Below are positions 39,040 through 47,226 of a stretch of DNA of 64,000 bases, piece by piece. The DNA is from an uncultured Ruficoccus sp. GTDB lineage: Bacteria > Verrucomicrobiota > Verrucomicrobiia > Opitutales > Cerasicoccaceae. The DNA lies in assembly GCA_965140785.1 (NCBI GenBank), contig OZ223481.1, forward strand, positions 512,001 through 576,000, in the 5' to 3' direction. The notes under the pieces were generated by a model. That model did no database searches and was not told the origin of the DNA. It saw only the letters and a program-made list of their open reading frames with translations. The position numbers and the translations under genes are program-made. Positions within the stretch are counted from its first letter, which is position 1; every line of letters starts with the position of its first letter.

Positions 39040-41052
39040 ATGCCTGAAAGCACTCTAAGCCTTACGAGTTTTTTTACAATTCCGAGTACAGATCACTCTT
39101 CCGAGTTATTTACTGCTGCCGCGCAGACGCACATTGAGGCACTTTTAACCGAAAAGAAGGGAAAGGCATACATAAAATGCCAAGTACGTGGTAAAGAAGT
39201 AGTTGCAAAGCAAGAAGAGATTGTTCGGCAGTTTTGGATTTACCGTCTTGAGCATCATTATGGATACCCTCTCAAGCGCCTTGCTGTAGAGTATCCCGTT
39301 ACCTTTGGCCGAGATACCTCAAAACGAGCGGATATTGTTATATTTGATGCGGATAGGCCTACGGTGCCTTACATTATCGTTGAAGTCAAAAAGACCAAAG
39401 AAAGTGAAGGTAAGGAACAGCTGCGCTCTTATTGCCACGCGACTGGCGCACCATTAGCTATCTGGTCAAACGGGGAACAATTCGTTTCCTGGCACCGCAA
39501 GAATCCAAATTACTTCGTTGAAATCCCCGATGTCCCCGCTTGCAACCAGACGTTGGAGGAAGTTATCAACCAGCCTTGGGATATTACAACCTTGCTGGAA
39601 TTCGAGCAAGAGCGCGAAAAAGAAGGCTTAGCTGCTCGTAGCCTTAAAGACCTTATCAAGGGTATGGAGAATGAAGTTCTGGCCAATGCGGGAGTCGATG
39701 TCTTTGAGGAGGTTTTTAAGCTTATCTTCACTAAGCTTTACGATGAGTTGTCTGTTTATCGAAAGAGCTACAAGCATCTGCGCTTCCGGAATACCGACAC
39801 TGCCGCCAAGGTCAAGGAACGCATTCAGCAGCTATTTGAGGAGGCGAATAAAAAATGGCATGGTGTGTTTCCAGAGGGTGAACGCATCCGGCTAACGCCA
39901 GATCACTTGCAAGTTTGCGTGGGTTCACTGGAGCAATACAAGCTGTTCAATAGCAATTTGGACATTATTGACGATGCGTTTGAATACTTGGTCAGTAAGT
40001 CTTCTAAAGGCGAGAAGGGACAGTACTTTACGCCTCGTTGGGTGATCGACATGTGCGTAAAAATGCTCAATCCAACCAAGGATGAGTATTTGATAGATAC
40101 TGCGTGCGGCTCCGCTGGATTCACCATGCATGCGGCCTTTAAGGTATGGGGCGATATCTGTGATGAAATCGGAGTCGACAGGCACGAGCTTTTTTCTGCC
40201 GCTGATAAACCTCAGCCATGCAAAGACTACATCAAAGACAAGGTTTATGGGATCGATTTTGATGAAAAATCGGTCCGAGTCGCACGCTGCCTGAATATGA
40301 TCGCGGGCGATGGCGAAACAAATGTGCTCCATCTTAATACGCTCGATTATAACCGTTGGGACGAAACCGTCAAAGATGAGGACTGGACTGATACCTATAG
40401 CACAGGCTGGCGTGGTTTGAAAAATCTGCTTGCCCGTAAAAAGGACTACCGTGACCTGCGCTTTGATGTGCTGATGGCTAACCCACCTTTTGCGGGAGAT
40501 ATTAAACAGCCTGACATGCTCAGCCCGTACGAGCTCGCTCACAAGGCAAATGGCAAAGCTGAAAGTAAGGTTGGGCGTGACCTGCTCTTTATTGAGCGCA
40601 ATCTAGATTTCCTCAAGCCTGGCGGTCGTATGGCCGTGGTTCTTCCTCAAGGCCGCTTTAACAACGCCAGCGACAAGCGGGTCCGTGAGTATATTGCCGA
40701 ACATTGCCGCATTCTGGCTGTGGTTGGATTGGAGGGTAATACCTTTAAGCCTCATACGGGAACCAAAACGAGCGTTCTCTTTGTCCAAAAGTGGAACGAT
40801 GACTCAGAGGTTGGGCCGCTCTGTCCACACGTCGATGATTACAATATCTTCTTTGCCACTCAGCAGCTTCCCGCCAAAGATACCCGAGGAGAACGCATTA
40901 TCGCCCGCGATACCGACGGCAAACTTTTACGCGATAAGCACGGCCACTGGATTGTCCAGCATGACCTTTACAATCATGATGGACTCACACAAGATGGCAT
41001 CGCTGAGGCTTTTCAGGAATTTGCCGCTAAGGAGCGATTGTCTTTTTTTTGA
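39040..41052 (+). CDS. fused restriction endonuclease (HsdR-N-like) / N6-adenine methyltransferase, Type IIG/IIB-like
   Basis: EEIVRQ, RADIV..IVEVKK nuclease motif; GQYFTPR, DTACGSAGF, NPPF. Confidence 0.9.
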   Translation: MPESTLSLTSFFTIPSTDHSSELFTAAAQTHIEALLTEKKGKAYIKCQVRGKEVVAKQEEIVRQFWIYRLEHHYGYPLKRLAVEYPVTFGRDTSKRADIVIFDADRPTVPYIIVEVKKTKESEGKEQLRSYCHATGAPLAIWSNGEQFVSWHRKNPNYFVEIPDVPACNQTLEEVINQPWDITTLLEFEQEREKEGLAARSLKDLIKGMENEVLANAGVDVFEEVFKLIFTKLYDELSVYRKSYKHLRFRNTDTAAKVKERIQQLFEEANKKWHGVFPEGERIRLTPDHLQVCVGSLEQYKLFNSNLDIIDDAFEYLVSKSSKGEKGQYFTPRWVIDMCVKMLNPTKDEYLIDTACGSAGFTMHAAFKVWGDICDEIGVDRHELFSAADKPQPCKDYIKDKVYGIDFDEKSVRVARCLNMIAGDGETNVLHLNTLDYNRWDETVKDEDWTDTYSTGWRGLKNLLARKKDYRDLRFDVLMANPPFAGDIKQPDMLSPYELAHKANGKAESKVGRDLLFIERNLDFLKPGGRMAVVLPQGRFNNASDKRVREYIAEHCRILAVVGLEGNTFKPHTGTKTSVLFVQKWNDDSEVGPLCPHVDDYNIFFATQQLPAKDTRGERIIARDTDGKLLRDKHGHWIVQHDLYNHDGLTQDGIAEAFQEFAAKERLSFF

Positions 41053-42499
41053 CTAGCCCTTTCAACCAAGCTCGTTACGAGCAATTGTTGGAAGGGCTAG
41101 AGGCAATTGAAATTTCGCGAGAACATTTGATGGATGATAATGGCTATTTTCGTCTAGATGCTGAATTTTATAAAAAAGCTTATGAAAAAGTCATAATGCT
41201 AGTTAAGTCATTTGGAGCAAAGCAATTAAAGGAAATATCTCCTACAATCATTCACCCTACAGAAATCAAGCGTGAGTATGAAGAAGAGGGCGGAACATGG
41301 TTTTTCCGGACACAGAATCTAAGACCTTTATCAATCGAAAAGAACAATGATGTTTTTGTTTCTACGAGTGATGCGGAAAAGCTAAATAAAAATATAATTA
41401 GAAATGGAGATGTTCTTGTGACGCGTACAGGAGCTAATTTTGGTGATTGCGCATATTTTAATTTGGACGAATCCCCAATCGCAAGCTCTCATGTATTAAT
41501 TATACGAAACAGGTCTCTTTCTCAGCCTTTTCTATCTGTTTTCTTAAATTCAAGATATGGTCGTCTCCAAATTAATAAAGGCGCCTATGGGGGGGTCCAA
41601 CCCGAGGTGTCTCCATACTACTTGAGAAACATATGGATACCTGAATTTACTAGGGAGCTCATCCATGAAATTGACGGTAATATTTCGAAAGCACGTGTTA
41701 AAAAGGAGCAAAGTCAAGAGTTGGCTGCTCAGGCGGAGGCAACGCTTTTAGATGAATTAGGCTTGGCTAACTGGACACCGCCCGAGCCATTGTCATACAC
41801 CCGCTCCGCCAAAGAAGTTTTCACCGCAGAGCGACTGGATGCAGAGCATTTCAAGCCTAAATACGATGACCTTATTTCTAGGCTTGCTTCAAATAGTCAA
41901 GAGGTTGTGTCTTTGGGAAGCATAGTCCAACCCATACGAAATGGTTTTGACTTTCGGGAATATGAAGAGTCTGGAACTCCCTATATTCGAGTGGGCGATA
42001 TACATCATGGGCGAATAGATATAGTAGAGGCCAAGAGAATCAGGTTGAACTTTAGTTCTATTAAGAAAAATATAAAACTAATGCATGGCGATGTTCTTTT
42101 TACCCGCAAGGGTAGCTATGGAAATGCCGCAGCGGTTCGTGGAGATGAAGATGGGGCAGTTATTAGTAGCGAAATTATGCTACTAGACTTAATGGAAAGG
42201 GAAGAAAGGTTATGCCTCAATTTTTGGCTACATATTTAAATAGTGTAGCTGGTGCACTTCAATCAGAAAAATGGGCACATGGGGTCGCCTTTTACAGCAT
42301 ATCTCAAGCAGACCTTTCACGTTTTATAATTCCAATACCAGAATGGACCGTACAACAAGAAGTTGCTAAAAGGCTTGAATTGTCAGAAACGGTACGTCGA
42401 GATGCCATTGTGCTATTAGACAAAGCAAAAAGCGCAGTGGAAATCGCCATTGAAGATGGTGAAGTTGCGGCAATTGAATACTTGAAAGGAGATCGGTAA
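41049..42499 (+). pseudogene. restriction-modification specificity subunit (HsdS-like), frameshifted near 42185
   Basis: Two TRD-like repeats (RLDAEF/RLDAEH, GDVL.TR.G..G). One extra A near 42185 would join it to ORF 42212-42499. Confidence 0.8.
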
Positions 42500-43302
42500 T
42501 GCCTGCCGGTAATCAAGAAAATCTCATGCAATGGCTCGACCAATCAACTGTCGATTATTTTACCTGTTTTGTAAAAGCATGGATTCCTTTTAATGCCTGG
42601 TATCGCTATAACTACCCTAGCATCCAGCAAGAGAGGCAGATTCTTGATGCGATAAAAAGTGATGGTAACCGAATGCGCTCAAGGTTTATCGCTCGGATTG
42701 ATCAAGATGGCACTGAGGGTGAAGAGTTACGTCATTGGATAGCCATACTGCATAAGCGCTTGGCAAATGACCCATTAAATTCACCGAAAATGGGATTGGT
42801 GTCCTTCGAGAATGTATTTACCGGTTATAATACTAAAAATAGTTCCGTGATTAAAATAAAACACTGGTTCTACAAAGTTGAAAAAATCACTTCCCCTCAA
42901 AAAAAATACGTGGCCACAGTTACAAGTAATAGAGGCCGTGAAGACTTTAGGTTGGAACAGGAAGGAGACTGGGATTTGGAGAGATTTTCAAATGATGCTC
43001 GTTTAGTGGCATATAACAAAAACGATCAAGCATACTTGATTGATAGATATAAGGAAATAAACCCCAAGGTATATGTTAGTCTCCTGTGTGATAATGAAGA
43101 ATGCTGTGTGATTCTAGGAGAGTATAAATTTACCAGCGACAAGGAAGCGCTCTTTGCAGGGTTAATAGAAATTCTCTATTGCCTGCGGAATATGCTTTTT
43201 CACGGAGAACTGGTGCCCGATAAAACAACAAACTCAACTTATGAGCCAGCATACCATATTTTACGTAGGCTCATGCGCTACATTGTAGGCCATCAAGACT
43301 AA
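42499..43302 (+). CDS. HEPN-superfamily protein (putative RNase effector)
   Basis: N-terminal FVKAWIPFNAWY and C-terminal LYCLRNMLFHG (Rx4H); TAATG coupling to the S subunit. Confidence 0.7.
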   Translation: MPAGNQENLMQWLDQSTVDYFTCFVKAWIPFNAWYRYNYPSIQQERQILDAIKSDGNRMRSRFIARIDQDGTEGEELRHWIAILHKRLANDPLNSPKMGLVSFENVFTGYNTKNSSVIKIKHWFYKVEKITSPQKKYVATVTSNRGREDFRLEQEGDWDLERFSNDARLVAYNKNDQAYLIDRYKEINPKVYVSLLCDNEECCVILGEYKFTSDKEALFAGLIEILYCLRNMLFHGELVPDKTTNSTYEPAYHILRRLMRYIVGHQD

Positions 43303-43321
43303 CCCCAGCGTCAATACGACA

Positions 43322-44230
43322 ATGCCAGTACCTACTTACCAAGAAATGCTTCACCCCATTCTGACTTTAGCTGCTCAGGAACCTATCAAACGCAGCACGG
43401 CATCTGAGGCTATGGTGGAGCATTTTAATCTCAGCGATGCAGAAGCCCAGGAAGTACTTCCTAGCGGGAGTGCAACCTATGTTCAAAACCGCACGGGTTG
43501 GGCGATGACATTTCTCACTAAAGCGTCACTCATTGAAAAAGTCGCCAAGGCGACCTATGCCGCTACTGACTTAGGCCATGAATTCCTGAGAAGGTATCCC
43601 AATGGCTTTACTGAAAAAGACCTGCACCAAATCGACGGGTATCAAGAAGCTTGGCAATCCAGTAGAAAAGCAAAAAGAAAAACTTACACTCAGGAAAGCG
43701 AAGAGGAAACACCCGATGAGATTGTCGACAACGCGATGACGACGTTGTTTGCCAAGTTGAAGTCAGAAGTTCTGGCGCAGACTAAGACAATGGAGCCATT
43801 GCGATTTGAAAAACTCGTTTTGGATTTGATGCTGAAAATGGGCTATGGCGGTTCACGCGAGAATGCAGGCCGTTTGACTCAAGCTACGGGTGATGGTGGT
43901 GTCGATGGGCTCATCAATGAGGATAAGCTTGGCCTTGATGTCATATACCTCCAAGCAAAGCGGTATACCGAAACTGTTGTTGGCCGACCTAAGATTCAAG
44001 AGTTTGTAGGTGCTCTAGCTGGAAAGCAGGCAAATAAGGGCGTCTTTATTACAACGAGCACCTTCACTCAGGGAGCGATAGATTTTGCGAATGCCGTGCA
44101 GCAAAAAATCATACTTATCGATGGTGAAAAATTGGCAGCGCTAATGATCGAACATAACCTAGGCGTGTCTACAGAGCGAACTTACTCTATCAAGCGCATA
44201 GACTCAGATTATTTTGAGGTAGATGTGTAG
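43322..44230 (+). CDS. mrr: Mrr-family type IV restriction endonuclease
   Basis: Mrr_N (PTYQEML, NRTGWA..FL.KA) and Mrr_cat (GDGGVDG, YLQAKRY, GVFITTS.F, IDG..LA). Confidence 0.93.
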   Translation: MPVPTYQEMLHPILTLAAQEPIKRSTASEAMVEHFNLSDAEAQEVLPSGSATYVQNRTGWAMTFLTKASLIEKVAKATYAATDLGHEFLRRYPNGFTEKDLHQIDGYQEAWQSSRKAKRKTYTQESEEETPDEIVDNAMTTLFAKLKSEVLAQTKTMEPLRFEKLVLDLMLKMGYGGSRENAGRLTQATGDGGVDGLINEDKLGLDVIYLQAKRYTETVVGRPKIQEFVGALAGKQANKGVFITTSTFTQGAIDFANAVQQKIILIDGEKLAALMIEHNLGVSTERTYSIKRIDSDYFEVDV

Positions 44231-44240
44231 GCCGCTGTAA

Positions 44241-44332
44241 GTTTTGTAACCCTGACGGGTTACAAAACTGCTGATTCTGCGAACCGTTTACCTTTTACTC
44301 GTGGTTCTTTTTGCACCCTGATTTTGTAACCC
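44241..44332. promoter_or_regulatory. putative integrase arm-type sites
   Basis: GTTTTGTAACCC-TGAC-GGGTTACAAAAC (44241-44268) and TTTTGTAACCC (44322-44332); the same 12-mer occurs at 35570-35581. Confidence 0.7.
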
Positions 44333-44459
44333 GAGGTGAAAATTTGGGCGTTTTCGGGATAATCCGAGATTATCAGCGAATTCCAGAAGTCACTTTTTTT
44401 GAGCGACTTGATGACTCGGGATTATTTGTGCAAATTGCTGAATATCAGTGCTTTTTGCG

Positions 44460-44498
44460 TTAGGAAACCGCGGTTCTATCCATTGAACTATGAGGACA
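44460..44498 (+). repeat. right att core: duplicated 5' half of tRNA-Arg
   Basis: Identical to 35468-35506; covers tRNA nt 1 to the end of the anticodon loop. Confidence 0.95.
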
Positions 44499-44533
44499 GT
44501 TGAAAATCAGTGTTTTACGTAATTTTGACCTGC

Positions 44534-45514
44534 CTACGCAAACTGTACCGCATTGAGAGTTAGTCTGAGCGGGTTAATGATGTGATTTAGGGTTAGGTTG
44601 TAGAGGGTGTCAAGGCTTGGGCGCAAGGAGGGCGTAGCCCGAGTGTAGCCCATGCCTTGGAAGTTGATGTCGAAGGGGGTTGGTGCGGTTTCTTTGGCTG
44701 CAAACTCGAGCGGCGTGAGCAGTCCGAGTGAACGGTGCGGGCGGATGTTGTTGTATTTCCACCTCCAGTCCTCAATGACCACGCGTGCCTCGGTGAGCGT
44801 ATAAAACCACTCGCGGTTGAGGCACTCATCGCGGAGTCTGCCGTTGAAGGATTCTATGTAGCCGTTCTGCCAGGGACTGCCCGGCTCAATGTAGAGCGTC
44901 TTGATCTCCTCGTCCGCGTACCATTTACGCAGGCTCTTCTCGATAAACTCGCTGCCGTTGTCGCTACGGATGTGCTCGGGGCTGCCGTAGGCACTGATCA
45001 ACTCGCTCATGACGGCTCGCACCTTGGCGGCGTTGAGGTGGCGATCGACGTGGATGCACAGGCACTCACGGGTGTACTCATCGAGTACCGTGAGCATGCG
45101 GATTGATCCGCCCTTAGCCGTACGGTCGGCCACGAAGTCGCAGGTCCACACGTGGTTGCGATGAGTAGCCTTTGTCGGTAAGCCCGTCGAGGGGCCGCGC
45201 CGACGCTGACGAGGCTTCTTAGTCGGACACTTCAGCCCCATCTCCTGGCGCAGGCGCTGCACCAGCCGCTTACCTACGTCCCAACCATCGCGCTTGAGTA
45301 GATGAGTGATTTTCGGGTAACCCAGCTCGGGATGCGCTTCGCTCTTGCGACGCAAAGCCCCACGTAACTTTGCCAACCAGGGCGTAGTCTCCTTCGCCTG
45401 ATAGCCGAAGGTACTGCGATGCAACCCAAAGTGACGGCAGGCCGCCCGCGCTGAACATCTGCCCTGCGACACCAGAGTTTGCGCCATCTCGCGCTTGTGT
45501 GCAGGGCTTACCAT
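44534..45514 (-). CDS. IS3 transposase OrfB (DDE)
   Basis: WTCDF, DEYTRE, RSDNGSEF, PWQNGYIESFNGRLRDE, YNNIRPH. Confidence 0.95.
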   Translation of the reverse strand: MVSPAHKREMAQTLVSQGRCSARAACRHFGLHRSTFGYQAKETTPWLAKLRGALRRKSEAHPELGYPKITHLLKRDGWDVGKRLVQRLRQEMGLKCPTKKPRQRRRGPSTGLPTKATHRNHVWTCDFVADRTAKGGSIRMLTVLDEYTRECLCIHVDRHLNAAKVRAVMSELISAYGSPEHIRSDNGSEFIEKSLRKWYADEEIKTLYIEPGSPWQNGYIESFNGRLRDECLNREWFYTLTEARVVIEDWRWKYNNIRPHRSLGLLTPLEFAAKETAPTPFDINFQGMGYTRATPSLRPSLDTLYNLTLNHIINPLRLTLNAVQFA

Positions 45515-45774
45515 TTTTTTTCGAGCGCCTCCTTCAGCAGCTCCTTACCAAGTATCTCGTCCGCCAGCATACGCTTCAGCCGAGCGTTCTCCTTTTGCAG
45601 TTCCTTCAGTTGCTTGGCCTGATCGACTTCCAGCATCCCAAGCTCCCGCTTCCAGCGGTGGAACGTCTGCTCGCTGATCCCTGCCTCGCGGCAGACATCC
45701 ACGATCGCTCTGCCAGCATCAGCGGCGCGTAAAATGCGGATTTTTTGCTCTGTACTGTATCGCTTGCCTTTCAT
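45508..45774 (-). CDS. IS3 transposase OrfA (HTH + leucine zipper)
   Basis: VCREAGISEQTFHRWK, LKELQKENARLKR. Confidence 0.95.
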   Translation of the reverse strand: MKGKRYSTEQKIRILRAADAGRAIVDVCREAGISEQTFHRWKRELGMLEVDQAKQLKELQKENARLKRMLADEILGKELLKEALEKKW

Positions 45775-45837
45775 CGTCTGAGTCCTTTCTAAGCACTCAG
45801 ACTAACTTTGCAAGTGGCACAGTTTAAGTGGACACGG

Positions 45838-46320
45838 TCACTTGCTCTTGCCCCGTTTGAAAAGCCAATTACAAAAAAAGCCAAACGCAACACACGCCCC
45901 AAGGATCATTCGTCCCGACCTGAAATCGGTATTTGTCACGCCCGAGACGAAGGCAACAACAAGCCCGAAAACAATCAGGCCGATTGGAGCCGCGATGATC
46001 GCGACCCCCGATTTCTTAGTCCAGTGCCAATCCTCGGGAGTCGAGCTATCAGTACCGACCTTCGCATTCTTACCCGGTTTTACCTGCCGGTTCGAGATCT
46101 GTTTGGGGGCAGGGGGGGGGGTGAGGCTTGCGGAGGTTTCGGGGGCATTTTCATGTCGCCGAGATCCACGACATCACGGATAGCTCGCCAATCCGTCATC
46201 CCTTCCTTCCAGCACAGGTCGTAGAATCCCAACGTGCCCTCGGAAAGCCGTTGACGAATGTTCTTCTCGTCAATGGGGCCACTCTGCTCACCGCCTCTGA
46301 TGATGTAGTAACTAGCCATC
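45838..46320 (-). pseudogene. GYF-domain (DUF4339-like) membrane protein, frameshifted in a G10 tract and abutting the IS
   Basis: YYI..G.QSGP...LCWKEGMTDW GYF_2 pattern, Pro-rich linker; the shifted frame continues into two TM helices and stops at the IS terminal TGA. Confidence 0.7.
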
Positions 46321-46593
46321 GGACAACCAACCTCCAGCGAAGGCATTCAACATATAAATCAGCCAGACGACCAATAAGACGATTGCGGCCACCTTGTTGG
46401 ATACTCCCCAACGCTTTAGTTGCCCGCTTTCATCGGTCTTGTTGAAATAGACCGGCCCCGTCAGTACAATAATGCACACAATCAGGACCCCCGGGAATAG
46501 TCCCGCAGTAAGCAGATTTACCAAAAAGAGTATGTTGCATGAGTTGGAGCGCCGAAGCCTTTCATCGAAAACGTGCGAAGCTACTGCTTTCAA
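46312..46593 (-). pseudogene. C-terminal fragment of a membrane protein
   Basis: Hydrophobic helices (VLTGPVYF...NKVAAIVLL); no convincing start; stop overlaps the GYF gene start. Confidence 0.45.
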
Positions 46594-47226
46594 CTGCTGA
46601 GATTGCGAGTGTTGGGGATATTATCACGGCAATCTGGCGATCGACCAACCAAAGGAAACCCGGTAGTCAAGAGGTACGCGAACTGAGCCGAGTAGCCCGT
46701 TAGTCTGGTGTGTCGTTTGGCACGATCAGCCCAACTGACTGGTTCTATTTTTAAACCAGACAAAAGGACTCGTATGAAGGTGAATCTAGGTGTTCTTATT
46801 ACATGGATGAGTTGGTTCGCAGTATGGCAAAAAATATTTAGCAATTGGCGATTTGATCCTCGCGCCCGACCGCAAGCTTTACGATCCCGCTTTGCGACCG
46901 TGGAGCTCCACGGGAGAGCCCGCTTCTGGAGGGGAGGGGGGCGTCGTGCATACTGCGACTCAATCCCGTTGAAGTGCAAGCTACCGAAGGTATTCACTTC
47001 TGCTGGGCTAAACTACAGGACCGTCCAGGAACAGCGCGGACTTTGGGAGGCGTGCTTGCTCTCCAAGGCAAAGAAATCTCTTTTACAGATGAGGCCGGCC
47101 GTGGAAGAGGCGCTGTTGCGTTACGATTTGCGTGGAGCCCCGCTTGTTGTGTAATTTTGATACACAACTCGAAGGTGACCGGGTTTGTCTGGGGTAACTC
47201 AAATAATAAGAACAAAGACTGGCGAT

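Larger units (their letters stand above)
35468..44498 (+). mobile_element. integrative rolling-circle element with defence cargo, inserted at tRNA-Arg(CCT)
   Basis: 39-bp direct repeat at both ends; integrase, Xis-like HTH and HUH Rep inside; AT-richer cargo. Confidence 0.9.
44526..45840 (-). mobile_element. IS3-family insertion sequence
   Basis: TG..CA ends with imperfect IRs (TGACC..AAACTGT..AGTTAGTCTGAG), orfA/orfB overlap at an A8 tract. Confidence 0.93.

Noticed and set aside
35596..44230. Complete inovirus prophage or conjugative ICE
   Set aside because: No Zot-like ATPase, small hydrophobic coat genes, VirB4/VirD4 or other transfer genes lie between the att repeats.
44460..44498. Second functional tRNA gene
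   Set aside because: Only the 5' half is present; there is no T-arm or acceptor 3' strand.
46590..47200. ORFs 46590-46997, 46708-47154 and 46974-47255
   Set aside because: Mutually overlapping with no motifs; more likely decayed sequence and the GH29 promoter region.
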